Below, piece by piece: positions 1-11,689 of a stretch of 64,000 bases of DNA. The notes under the pieces were generated by a model. The model made no database searches and was not told the origin of the DNA. It was given only the letters and a program-made list of their open reading frames with translations. Location: the NCBI RefSeq assembly GCF_006345805.1, contig NC_042997.1:42656001-42720000 (forward strand), given 5' to 3'. The DNA comes from Octopus sinensis. Lineage: Eukaryota. The translations under genes and the position numbers were made by a program. Position 1 is the first letter of the stretch. The number at the start of each line of letters is the position of its first letter.

Positions 1-271
1 CTATTAAAATTCTTTTCTTAGTGAAAATTTTTAGTACACGACTCAGTTGGAAACCTAATTTTAGTTCACTGTGAGACAGTCACCGTTTTTTAACATGTTA
101 CTACAATGCAGTCTCTCTCTCTCTCTCTCTCTCTTTACTACCTCCAGGTTGTTTTATGCTAGTATAAACAAAGAATTTAAGGAATATAACAAAAATGGAA
201 CGACTAAAAAAGAATCTTTTTCTTTTTGCTTTTGCAGGTTTAAATTCATTTTTATTTATTTACTGAAACCA

Positions 272-672
272 TTAATTAATAAATATGAGGGTAGCAAAAA
301 AATTCCAGAAAAAATTCTAGAAAAATTTTCCGCTACCAGCGGCCTAGTGAGAAAGAAAAGATAGTCAAAGACTATATAATATACATTCAACAATATTAAG
401 GAATGGCCCTGATAGGCCATTCGACTCACTAGAAAGAGCAGCCAAACTCAAACCGCTAAATAGTTGTAATTCTGAAATTGGAAGAGAAATAAAAACATTT
501 ACCCTTTTCATCTCTGGACTATGCATAGTTTCGACAAGTCCAGAGATGAAAAGGGTAAATGTTTTTATTTCTCTTCCAATTTCAGAATTACAACTATTTA
601 GCGGTTTGAGTTTGGCTGCTCTTTCTAGTGAGTCGAATGGCCTATCAGGGCCATTCCTTAATATTGTTGAAT
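272..672 (-). mobile_element. Penelope-like/retrozyme-type insertion with a 136-bp perfect fold-back and a truncated hammerhead
   Basis: Flanked by a 14-bp direct repeat ATTTACTGAAACCA (258-271 and 673-686). Arms 385-520 and 537-672 are reverse complements with a 16-nt loop. The minus strand at the hinge reads GTC-GAAAC-TATGCATA-GTC-CAGAG, the 3' half of a hammerhead. Confidence 0.7.
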
Positions 673-912
673 ATTTACTGAAACCAATGAGATAATTTTT
701 GTAAATTTTTTTTAACTGCAAGATGTTTGTTCTACTCAACCAAGAGGATTCATTTGTCAGCCAAACTAGCAAGAAGTATAATTTTGTGCATAATGCAATG
801 GCTCTGAGCCAATCAAAGAGCCTCCTTGACATTGTGAAAATAGCAGCCAAATCTATATCAAACCAATTCAAGATATTCTGAATCTAGAAAAACCCAGTCT
901 GGACAATCAGGG

Positions 913-1716
913 TTGAAATGGAAGAAACGTTGTCAAAATTCCAGTGGAGCAGATTTAGCTATTAAACCTGCTCACGATAAAATCTGTTTGGATTCTCCCT
1001 CACTTGTCCTTCCCATTAATGCCAATGCTCAACCAATTCTGAACGATCTTGATGTGAGTTCATCTGGGGAGTGGTGCTCCCCCAAACCGAAGAAGAGGCA
1101 GTGCAGTTCCAAACCAGGCGGGAAAGTTATGACCACTAAACCCATTCCGATCGACCCCAAAGGCCAACATAAGTCTGATGGCTATGAAACCACCCTTTCA
1201 AAATCATCCAATGAAGAATCGAATGCCGCAGCTCATAGTAGAGAACAGAAAGACCATTTTGCCCACTCACGATCAGCAATCATTTATGGTAAAGCTGAAT
1301 CCACCTGTGATACAGGCATAAACCTTTTAAAAGAAGACATCAATTTTGTTTCCGTTTTAGTTGGAGAATTGTTCTCTGTCAACGAAAATGTCAGTATCCA
1401 TAAGGTCGCTCGGCTAGGAAGATTCCGAGCAAACTCAACCTCAGACACTAGACCACGCCCAATAAGAGTAATCTTTTCTTCCGATCAGGAGGCTTCAACC
1501 TTTCTGAACAGAGCTCAGATGCATGCCTGGGAGGACCCCAATATGGGTTTTCACGAGGAATACTCACTGGGAGGGAGAATTCGCAGGAGAAACCTAATAT
1601 CAGAACTGAAGATGAGAAAACAGATGGGAGAGAAGGGTTTACGCATCCAAGATGGACAAATAATCAAGTCCTACCTCTGGTCGCATGCTGTAGTGCTGAC
1701 AGGGAAAGTGAATTGA
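913..1716 (+). CDS. LINE ORF1 (C-terminal part, L1-like RRM/CTD region)
   Basis: 267-aa ORF (frame open back to 844) with RLGRF...RPRPIRVIF and RRNLISELKMRK...GLRIQDGQI, typical of CR1/L2-type ORF1 ends; directly upstream of the endonuclease. Confidence 0.75.
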   Translation: MKWKKRCQNSSGADLAIKPAHDKICLDSPSLVLPINANAQPILNDLDVSSSGEWCSPKPKKRQCSSKPGGKVMTTKPIPIDPKGQHKSDGYETTLSKSSNEESNAAAHSREQKDHFAHSRSAIIYGKAESTCDTGINLLKEDINFVSVLVGELFSVNENVSIHKVARLGRFRANSTSDTRPRPIRVIFSSDQEASTFLNRAQMHAWEDPNMGFHEEYSLGGRIRRRNLISELKMRKQMGEKGLRIQDGQIIKSYLWSHAVVLTGKVN

Positions 1717-1809
1717 GGGCGAATTGAAGTAAAGTAGATACCCCCGTCAACGATGCTTTCTCTGATACCCCTTATTCTGCTTGTTCCCCAATTCCCGCCC
1801 CTCAAACTT

Positions 1810-4583
1810 CACAGCTCAGCATTGTCTATACCAACTCGTGCTCCTTATTTCCAAAGTTCAGCGAACTATTTACACTGGCCATGCGTGATTCCCCAGATGT
1901 GATAGCTATCACCGAGACTTGGCTGACTCCTGCAGTAAAGGACTCGGAAATCCACCTACAGGGCTACGCCCTCTTCAGGTGTGACAGAGAAAAAGGCGAG
2001 GTGGAAGTGTTGCTGTGTATGTTAAATCTGATCTCAAACCGTCCAGCGGTATTCTACCCACTAATGCTCAACCTACAACAAAATTCGATGCCGTCTATTG
2101 CAAGCTGAGCCTATCTGGGTTTTGCCTGCCCGTGTTAGCTGTCTACAGGCCGCCTCTTGCCGACCCTCAGGACGATGCTCATTTACTCGAAGTGATAAGA
2201 TTCGTTTCAGCTTCTCATGACTGTTTGATATTAGGACACTTCAATGCTCCCACGATCGACTGGCCCGCATCAATTTGTACATCATCTTCCCGGTTCGGCC
2301 AGGCCCTTCTTGACGTGGCTGAAGATTGTTTTCTATCGCAGCATGTTGAATATCTGACAAGGCATCGGTCTGGGCAGCAGCCATCTATGCTGGATCTGGT
2401 ATTCTCCCGCTATCCAAGATCAGTGTCAGACGTATCTGTGTGCGCCCCTCTTGCCAAGTGTGATCATGCGGTCCTGAAGTTCGTCATGCACACAACTTTT
2501 CCTATGCCCACGACTACTTCGCTGCCACGTAGAGTCTTCTCTGCAATCGATCTTGAAATTCTAACCGAGGCTTCCGCGCTTCTGGACTGGCGATCCCTGA
2601 TGACGATGTCCTCAGTTGACGAACTATGGTCGTCCCTCAAAGCATATGTAATCTGGTTGACTGACCAAGTAGTTCCCGTTGGGCTTCCTAAGAAGAAAGA
2701 AACACAAGCCCTGGGTGACAAAAAAGGTTAAACGAGAACTTCGAGATATTGCTTGGGCTGAATTCAAAAATCTAGATTCGACTGCAGCTTTTGAGGTGTA
2801 CAAAACTCAATGAGACCGAGCCGTGAACATTGAAAAGGAAGAATGCTTCAGATATGAATACAGAATCGCGGCAAACGCCAGTCGCAATCCAAAAACCTTC
2901 TTTGCCCATGTCCAACGGAATTCCCGCTTGTACAACCAAATTGCAACGTTGGTAGACTCAACAGGCGTATCGATTGAGGACCCTTATCAGCAGAGTCAGT
3001 TATTTGCCGAGGCTTTTTCAACAATTTTCAAACAAGATGATGGTCGTGAACCCCCTCCATTTAATAGATCGGTACCTCCAATGCTTCGATTGGTCATCAC
3101 GCGGGACGAAGTCGAACGCGTTATTCAAGGTCTCAATGTCAACAAGGGTCATGGCCCTGATGGCATACACCCACGGGTTATCAAAGTGTTGGCTCCGGTC
3201 ATCTGCGAGCCCTTAACACGTCTATTCAATATGTCATTGGCGATGGGTGTTATACCTGCGGACTGGAGAACAGCGATAATCTGCCCAATTTTCAAGAAAG
3301 GGAGCCGCGAAGACCCGCTTAACTACCAACCGGTTTCCCTTACATCAATAATCAGCAAGATGTTCGAAACCATCCTTAAGAAAAGTATGATGCTCCACCT
3401 CCAAAACACAGCCTCTATCTCTGATTCCCAACACACGGCTTCGTGCTGAAGAGATCATGCTTCACCAACTTACTGATAATGGAGGAATTGGTGACACGCA
3501 TCCTCGATGATAGTGATGCTGTTGACATCGTTTTATTGGACTTTGCCAAAGCTTTTGACTCAGTTACTTGTCAAGCTTCAAGCATATAGTTTCCATCCGG
3601 ATATTGTACGATGGGTTGGTGCCTTCCTCTCAGATTGCTCCTTCCAAGTCCAAGTTAATGGTTCGTGGTCCGACGTCTCCAGTGCGAGCAGTAGCATGCC
3701 TCAAGGTTCAGTACTTGGGCCCTTATTGTTTTTAGTCTTCATAAATGACTTGCCCGACGACCTCACGCAACACACCCTTCTATTTGCCGATGATGTCAAA
3801 CTGGTCGCTCCTCGCGGTGATATAGAGTATCTTCGTCGATGCCTCCACCAAATTTGGAGATGGTCTAACGAATGGGACCTGTGTCTGAACGTGTCAAAGT
3901 GCTGTCATCTGCCTGTTGGCTCTCCTCCTGCAACTCAACTTGATTTCGAGCCGGGTCGTCTGCTGCTGGAGAGGACCGATCAGGTAAAGGACCTGGGTAT
4001 CTTGGTGGATTCCGCCTTTTCGCCTTCGGCCCAGTGCGTCCATGCTGCCAACAAAGCACACGGAATTCTGTTTTTGATTCGACGGTCATTCGGAATGCTC
4101 ACAGCAGCCATATTCCTACCGCTCTATGCCACGCTGGTGAGACCCATATTGGAGTATGGGATTCAAGCCTCTTCTCCTTATCTCCTCAAAGACATACATC
4201 ATCTCGAAAGAGTCCAGAAGCTGGCTACCCGCATGGTTCTTGGTCTCAAGAATTTGTCTTATGAAGAAAGGCTGAAGATGCTCGACCTTTATTCTCTAGA
4301 AAAACGCCGCCGCTGTGGAGATCTCATTCTTGCTCACAACATCATAAGCGGAAAGTGTAACCTCTCAAAAGAGCTGCTCTTCACTCCTGCTCCAGAGCAT
4401 CGGCTGCGGGGTCATTCCGAAAAGCTCTATCTGCGACGATTTCATCTCAATCGAAGGAGAGGAGCTTTCTCCGTCTGGGTTGTGGATCCGTGGAATAAGC
4501 TGCCAGACGAGATGGTGAAGTTGCCGACGACTGCTTGGATCAAAGTCTCCCTTGACCTCAAGTGGCCTGAATTCTTTACATGA
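1810..4583 (+). pseudogene. LINE ORF2 (APE endonuclease plus reverse transcriptase) broken by frameshifts
   Basis: Motifs across successive frames: YTNSCSL, AITETWL, YRPP, GHFNAPTIDW, LDLVFS, CDHAVL, GPDGIHP, PIFKKG, NYQPVSLTS, PQGSVLGPLLF, LFADD, KDLGI, RPILEYG, PWNKLP. Frame breaks near 2000, 2720 and 3430-3550. Confidence 0.92.
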
Positions 4584-5249
4584 ACACCACCCTGTACATA
4601 ACTCCATGTCCCCCTACATGGCCTTGCTTTTTGCTTTTTGAGCCAAAAAATTAACTAACTAAATACTTTTTACCATAATTCTGCTAGAAATTGGGCTAAA
4701 AAACAACACAAGTATTGTATGTCAAATTATTTTATTTTTATACTGGGAATCTATGCTATGCCATCTGGGTGAAAGCCAGGAATCCAGACCACTTGATTAT
4801 ACTCTAAACCAATTGTTTTCAGTATTTTAATGCATATGTCACCCTCATGAAGCACAGAGAATTGTGTGGCTTCCTTAAATAGTAACGCACCAAAATTCTC
4901 ATTCTCTCTTCTTTTTGTTTTTGTGTTTTTTTAATGATACCCGACCTAAAAATAAAATGAGTTTCCTGTTTTACAGCTTTTCACATCTCACAGAAGAATG
5001 AACGTACTGAGGTGTAATTTTGTCCACAAGGTTAACTGGACTCAAGGATGGAGACAAAATTGGTTTCAGTAACTCAGTAAAAAATTTTTTAAATCTCTAT
5101 ATGTTACAGTAAATGTTACTAAGAATAATACTTTCCTTATAAGCCAGGAGGGTCCATACATTTAATACAAACTTGTTACAAATATGATATTCTACTTCTA
5201 AATCAAAATAGGTAACAGATACTTTGAAATCATCCAAATGCATAAAATG

Positions 5250-6250
5250 TATTAAAAAATTCGACCCTAAGTAAGAGTATAATCCTCAGCACATCTTAAA
5301 GCATCCGTGGCTTTCTTTTTTCTGCAGTGTGTAAAGGAGGCATCTTTTTTAGTTATGTTTCTCAAAATATAAATTTCATCCCAAGCAGTACACTTTGTTC
5401 ATCAAGGACATTAACTGACAGAATTTTTGCAACCATAAATTCAGCTGAAGTGGAAAATTTTATTAACTCTGAAACTCTTGTTTTTACTTTTCAGTAATTT
5501 CTACAGGGAGTTCATAAACTCTTTCATATATGGAATCTTAAATGAGTCAGTATATACAACAAAAGTACACTAAATCATAGTTAAGTGTCCCTGCTTACAA
5601 ATTAAATTTTTAGTTGTTCTGTTTTTGACACAGTCTTTTAGATAACTTGGTATTTACTGCTTTCACTAGACCCAAACAAGCATGAAGAAAATAGACATGA
5701 AAATGATGAAACCATGTTAATTTCCTTAAGATTTAGTATACCATGCCTCTTCATAAACTGTCCAGTGAAATCTAACAATTTTCTTTTCAATCCCAATTAC
5801 ATTTGTTTCCTTATGCAATGCAATAAGATTTGGTTTGAGAATTTCAAAACAAAATGTCTGCAGTTCTAATAACCCCCAAGGTGAACAAATTCTATAAATA
5901 TATCAAAATCAGAGCTATATGTATAAATATTGCAATATCATTTGCATCTTGACTTTTATCAACTGCAAGTGAGAAGATTGGACTCTCTCCAAGAGACTTG
6001 TTTCATATCTGTAGATATTTTGACATTTCTGCAACATATCACATAATTGTTCTGTAGAACTAATGTTGCAAAATAAATTGTATTTATTCCAGAATATAAT
6101 GTCTAACTAGGAAATCAAACACTTCTTCATAATTTATCTTTTTGTAAATAATTTCATTTTCCTAACTATCAACCATTTCAGTGTATTCCTTTTAGACTGG
6201 GCACTTTTTCCTGAAAAAATAAAGCAGCCTTGGTACACTTTGAAACTTTT
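5250..6250 (-). mobile_element. Highly degraded hAT (Charlie/Buster/SPIN-like) transposase fossil
   Basis: Minus strand 5975-5925 reads FSLAVDKSQDANDIAIFI, matching the FSLALDESTD...AIFI first catalytic Asp motif. Many stops and frameshifts; boundaries approximate. Confidence 0.6.
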
Positions 6251-6599
6251 CCTCAGTTAATCAGTCCATTCATTTGTCAGTGAAGTTTCTGTATTTTTTG
6301 TGTGTTCTGTTTAGTAGAGAAGCTTGGTGTTAAATTCTTCATTAGCTGCAACTCATCCACAACAAACTAGTTATGTGTGCATTCCACGATGTTTTGCAAA
6401 AATACTTCTCTGTCCCAACTTCCTGAAATATCAGGCATTCAGCATCTACTAGTCTACATTTTGATGTTGTTTTGATCAGCTTCATATACAGTTTTGCTAT
6501 TCAAATCTATTCATATTACAAAGTTATGCTTATTTCTGACTTCTCCTTTGGTATCTCATCAGAAATCATAAAAAAAATATGAACATGAAAGCGTGGTGC

Positions 6600-7100
6600 A
6601 ACACAATAGAGGTTAATTCAAGTGCATTGGTGAGGGAATTTTTGCCAATCAGTTGAAGGCCTTTTGAGGAAGGAGGGTTGAGGATTTTATGTGTGTAGCA
6701 ACAGATGTGACCCATAATCCAAAATGGGTCTTACTTGAGCTTTTACAGGTTCTGGATTGAAGTAGTCCTAAAGTGAAATTTTAGTCAATCTCATAGTTTT
6801 ATCAATATTGCATAGCATAGGGGTAGGGTACTAACACATGTAGATAGTGAGGTGTAGCATTTATAGAAACTTTGAAGGCATTGTTAGAGCTGTTCATGAC
6901 TAAGAAGAGTGAGGTATGAAACTGTTTCCTTGATTTGTAGTGACTGTGTACCAATAAGGAAACTAGGACATAGTCTCTCTGTTGAATGATCTTTTCAAGG
7001 CCATTCAGAGAAGTGGTGGCCTGATGTTTTTACATCCATGTTTATAGAGCAGTGATGGAGTGAAGGTGGCATCAAATGTTTAGGCATATATTCTTATATG
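6600..7100 (-). mobile_element. Degraded LINE RT fragment
   Basis: Minus strand near 6735-6705 reads VRPILDYGS, a LINE RT C-terminal motif; otherwise decayed. Confidence 0.45.
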
Positions 7101-7139
7101 TAGCATCATGTAGGCTGTTGATATATAGAAAGAATTACA

Positions 7140-7355
7140 GTGCTGAGCTGGCAGAATCATTAGCACATCAGTCGAATGCTTAGCAGTATTTCTTCTGACT
7201 TGATGTTCTGAGTTCAAATTCCACCAGGGACAACTTTTCATTTCATCCTTTCAGGGTAGATAAAATAAGTACCAGTTGAACACTGGGGTCGATGTAATTG
7301 GACTTACTGCCTCACGTCTGAAATTGCTGGCCTTGTGCTGAAATTTGAAACCAAT
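7140..7355 (+). mobile_element. Old tRNA-derived SINE family with a conserved central domain (further copies near 11060-11170, 16780-16860, 31435-31620, 32070-32470, 57600-57660, 60850-61050, 62130-62340)
   Basis: Recurrent core TTCTGAGTTCAAATTC..CC.AGGTCAACTTTGCCTTTCATCCTTT..GGT.GATAAAATAAGTACCAG. Superfamily (Meta/CORE-like) not confirmed. Confidence 0.75.
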
Positions 7356-7606
7356 AGATGAAGGCACTGAGCCTAGTGGTTAGAGTAACATTTATGATCA
7401 CTGGATCGTGGGTTTGATCCTCAGACCAGGTGGTGAGTGGCGTTCTTGAGCAAAACACTTCATTTCACATTACTCCAGTCCACTCAGCTGTAAATGGGTA
7501 ACACTGTGATGGACTTACTTTCTGATCAAGGGGGATGTTGGCCTGCTTACCTGGCCAGCAGGGTGGCCTCATTCAAAAGCTAAAAAACAATGATGCAAAA
7601 TGCATA

Positions 7607-7637
<31 letters not shown>

Positions 7638-7742
7638 CATACACACACACACATACAGACACATATACACACACATATATATATATTCTTTCACTTGTTT
7701 CACTCATTTGACTGTCACCATGCTGGAGCACCAACTATAATA

Positions 7743-8505
7743 TACCGGGTCATCCTAGAAATAATGCGGTTTTTTTATACGTCTTTTATTTTTTAAATTA
7801 AGATAGACAAAGTTCTTTTTTAATCTAAAATATACTTTCCTTCATACTCCACAATGCTCTTTCATCTATCTGGTAGACATGCAAGGCCCTTCTTCCAAAA
7901 TTCACTTGTCTGTGTTGAAAAATACTCCTCCAGAGCTGTTCTGACTTCGTCTACAGAATTCATATTTTTTCCATCCAAATGATTTTGAAGACTGCAGAAT
8001 AAATGATAATCGAATGGGGCAGTGTCCTGCAAATATGGTGGGTGGGGCATCGTTCCCCATTCAAACTGCTCCAGTCTTTGGAATGCCATCCTCACTGTAT
8101 GTAGCCAAGCATTATCCTGATGGAAGAACACCTTTCATCTTCAAACCAAAGATGGTCATTTTACTTCTAGCGCTGACTTAAGCCACTCAAGCTGCCCACA
8201 GTAGATCTCCTTTGTTATTGTTTGGTTTGGATTTAAAAGTTCAAAGTGGGCTAAACCTTTCATATCCCACCAAACAGATAACAACACTGTATGTGAGTGA
8301 AGACCTTCTTTAGCCTGAAGTGTCAGTGTTTCTCCTTTCCCTACCCACTGTCTCTGGTGCTTGACATTTTTATAGAGAGCCTATTTCTCATCACCAGTCA
8401 CTGTTTGGCCCCCAAAAAGGTTCATTCGTAAGACATGGCAGCAAAGAAGAGTAGACATTCACTCTCTGCACATGATTAGACTGCATTATTTATGGGATGC
8501 CCTAT
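7743..8505 (-). mobile_element. Internally deleted mariner (DD34D) transposon
   Basis: TIRs (...GGGTCATCCTAGAAATAATGCGG / CTGCATTATTTATGGGATGCCC); FHQDNAWLH and PHPPYLQDTAPFDYHLF motifs; near-identical to 38205-39336 but lacking the 5' half. Confidence 0.9.
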
Positions 8506-8506
8506 A

Positions 8507-8542
<36 letters not shown>

Positions 8543-9127
8543 TGTATGTATGTATGTATGTATGTGTGTGTGTGTGTGTGTGTGCGTGCATATGTATGTA
8601 TGTATGTATGTATATATATATACACACACACACATATATCCATACATACATGCATGCACACACACACACATATGGTGATGATGATATATGTATAGCAACA
8701 TCTGATAGTCAGGCTTATCATGTAATCATATGATATAGAAGAATTAGTGTGAGATGTAGTATTTAGAGATCCTTAGAATTGATTGAGTATGAGTGAGAGT
8801 GAGTCCTGTTGACAGCTGCTGTAGTTCAGATTCAACAATCTAACCAGGGGGGGGGGGGCTTCGAATCCAATAAATAAGAGATTTTTATGGAGATTTTAGG
8901 CAGGCAATTTACACCATGGGCTATAACGGCCCTTTCATGGAAGAGCTCAACAATAAGAGACCATTGACAGCTGATATGGGAAAGCAAGTGGTCAATAGAC
9001 TTGATTGTGGTGGTCATTGTGGAAGGAGAAAGAGTCAAAGAGGATGAAAAAAGTAATTGCTAAAAACAGTTTGACATGTCGGAAGCTGGAGCAATAAATT
9101 GGAGTTTGTGGCGAAAGAAGTTGCTTT

Positions 9128-9183
<56 letters not shown>

Positions 9184-9220
9184 GGACATGAGATTTCACT
9201 GGACCACATTATTTGAGGAT

Positions 9221-10805
9221 AAAAATAAAAATAATAATAATAATAATAATAATGAAATTATTGTATACAGTGCTCAGGTGCACCATAACTTGTCAGAAAG
9301 TGCATATAAAGCATATGCAGTAATGTAAAAATGTCTGGAAAGCGAACAATGTATGAGTCAGATTCATGCCTGCGTGTGTTTGGAGGGGAGAAAATCAGGT
9401 GTAGTGTTGGCGAATCTCAGGAAGCATGGAAGTTTTGAAGGATGCAGTGCTCTGACAACTAACAACTGATGCCGGCAGTTTGTTCCATGCTTCAGCAACT
9501 CTCAGCGTGAAAAAATGCTTCCTGAAGTCATGGGAGCTGTGCTGTTTTCTTACTTTGTAAACATGTCCACGGGTGTTAGATGGGTGGAGTTTGAAAAGGT
9601 GCTCAGAGTTATTGTTTGTAAGATGGAAAGGATGATGTCTGAGTGGTTGCCTCATTGAGTTGAAGCAACTAGAGATGTTTTCTCACCTGACAGGTGAGTG
9701 TTTGGTGGTGGGAAGGTGAATTTGAAAGTGGTTTTGTTGTGTTAGGTATGCAAAATGTTGAGTTGGATGCGAAGTGGGTGGCAAATGTGTAAATGGGAAA
9801 ATGTGGTTTGGGTTAGAGGATTCTGCAAAGTTCGTGGAGAAACTCTCTTGGAAAGGGATCAGAAGGATCTGATGAGTAGTGTGAGAGAAGAAAAACTTAC
9901 AAGCTGTGCCTTACACAATGGCACCATTTGCTTACCTGACGGTAGCCATGCAGGTATAGTGATGATGGTGGATAGAAATTAGTAGCAGAGGGTCACCAAA
10001 AGAGGTAGAGTTTTTAGCCTGCACTACTGGAGGTTTATTTGAGGAAAGCAAAAGCACATATCTTGACGGGTGATTTCTGTCATTAGCAGTTTTAGAGGTA
10101 TTAAGGCATGAAACACATTTTCAGCTAGGGGTAAAAATAATAATAATAATAATGAAATTATTGTATACAGTGCTCAGGTGCACCACAACTTGTCAGAAAG
10201 TGCATATAAAGTACATGCAGTAATGTAGAAATGTCTGGAAAGCGAACAATGTATGAGTCAGATACATGCTTGTGTGTGTATGGAGGGGAGAAAATCAGGT
10301 GTAGTGTTGGTGAATCTCAGGAAGCATGGAAGTTTTGAAGGATGCAGTGCTCTGACAACTAACAACTGATACCGGGAGTTTGTTCCATGCTTCAGCAACT
10401 CTCAGCGTGAAAAAATGCTTCCTGAAGTCACGGGAGCTGTGCTGTTTTCTTACTTTGTAAATATGTCCACGGGTGTTAGACAGGTGGAGTTTGAAAAGGT
10501 GCTCAGGGTTATTGTTTGTGCGATGGTTGATAATTTTATGGGTGTCTGCCAATTTAGCTGCCAGACGTCGGAGTTTCAATGTGTCCATGCCCAGGGAAGT
10601 AAGGCGTTCAGGATATGGCAAATGCCTGATGGAGGGTATTCTTTTGGTTGCACGTCGCTGAACAGCTTCCAGACGATTGATATCCTGGGCAAGATAGGGG
10701 TAGTTGGCAAAGAAATAGTGAAGCTCCAGTCAATGAGTTTTCAGAGATTTAGGCAGTGAGGTGTTGCTCAGTAGGAAAATGAGGTATTTTGCCTTGCTGA
10801 GCATG
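9221..10805 (-). mobile_element. Two tandem 3'-end copies of a second CR1/L2-like LINE family
   Basis: ORFs 9395-9655 and 10295-10621 both end FFTLRVAEAWNKLP...SFKTSMLPEI..HYT, followed by near-identical 3' UTRs and (TTA)n tails at about 9221-9250 and 10133-10152. Confidence 0.88.
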
Positions 10806-11303
10806 TTGATCATACTACTGCGTGTGTATGTTTGGGCCCGAATTTTTGAGGAAGCCTGGTGTTTGCTAATATATGTAAACTCTTCCTCTCTGCACTACAG
10901 ATTTTTATCAAAGAGTAAGTTGCCAATTTAGAGTGATAAAACTTGGTACCTATATCGTTGCAGATGTTGCATTTAGAATGCAGAGCCACAACAGATACTG
11001 GAAGATATCTTTCCTGACCTTTTGGCAAATCATCACTCTCAAATGGTACTTTTTTATCAACCCACAAACGAATGAAAGGTAAAGTTGACCTAGGCAGGAT
11101 TTGAACCTGGAGCATGGAAAGTTAGAACAAATACCGCAAGCTATTCTATCCAATGCTCTAACGACTGTACAAATTGGTTGTCTTGAACAGGTTGATTAGG
11201 AAGTATCAAATGGTCTGATGGGGACAGTTGCAATGATTCTTCTCAACGTTGCAGAGAAATCTATCAGGTACTTAAGCATTCCAGATGTCAATATGTGTCC
11301 TGA

Positions 11304-11674
11304 GGAGGCGCAATGGCCCAGTGGTTAGGGCAGCGGGCTCGCGGTTTCGATTCCCAGACCGGGTGTTGTGAGTGTTTATTGAGCGAAGACACCTAAAGCT
11401 CCACGAGTCTCCGGCAGGGGATGGTGGTGATCCCTGCTGTACTCTTTCACCACAACTTTCTCTCACTCTTACTTCCTGTTTCTGTTGTACCTGTATTTCA
11501 AAGGGCCGGCATTGTCACTCTCTGTGTCACGCTGAATATCCCCGAGAACTACGTTAAGGGTACACGTGTCTGTGGAGTGCTCAGCCACTTACACGTTAAT
11601 TTCACGAGCAGGCTGTTCCGTTGATTCGGATCAACCGGAACCCTTGTCGTCGTAACCGACGGAGTGCTTCCATC
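11304..11674 (+). mobile_element. Young tRNA-derived SINE (family A), copy 1
   Basis: A box TGGCCCAGTGGTTAGG, B box GGTTTCGATTCCC; TSD ATGTGTCCTGA (11293-11303, 11675-11685). Confidence 0.95.
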
Positions 11675-11689
11675 ATGTGTCCTGAAATT

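Larger units (their letters stand above)
844..4660 (+). mobile_element. CR1-clade non-LTR retrotransposon, 5'-truncated within ORF1, with a frameshifted ORF2
   Basis: ORF1-like frame followed by APE endonuclease and RT motifs. The 3' UTR has a CCATGT/ACATGG hairpin and a (CTAA)n tail at about 4650-4660. Markedly more GC-rich than the flanks. Confidence 0.93.

Noticed and set aside
365-871. 168-aa minus-strand ORF
   Set aside because: It runs through the perfect palindrome, so the peptide repeats itself; no splice signals or domain features.
6515-6570. Minus-strand CTGATGA...GAAA hammerhead-like spacing
   Set aside because: Stems I and III cannot form convincingly; likely chance. The same applies to CTGATGA at 61988.
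8472-8733. Many ORFs rich in YI/HT/CV/LS (also 11872-12419, 13753-14075, 43031-43802 and others)
   Set aside because: Translations of (TA)n, (CA)n, (TATG)n and (GA)n microsatellites.
10810-11115. 101-aa minus-strand ORF
   Set aside because: The start and first ~25 codons lie within an old SINE; no recognisable domain and only a weak donor.
11304-11380. tRNA-like sequences with A and B boxes (also 14401, 17946, 25125, 46116)
   Set aside because: They are SINE heads continuing into a shared body with TSDs; no complete cloverleaf or Pol III terminator.
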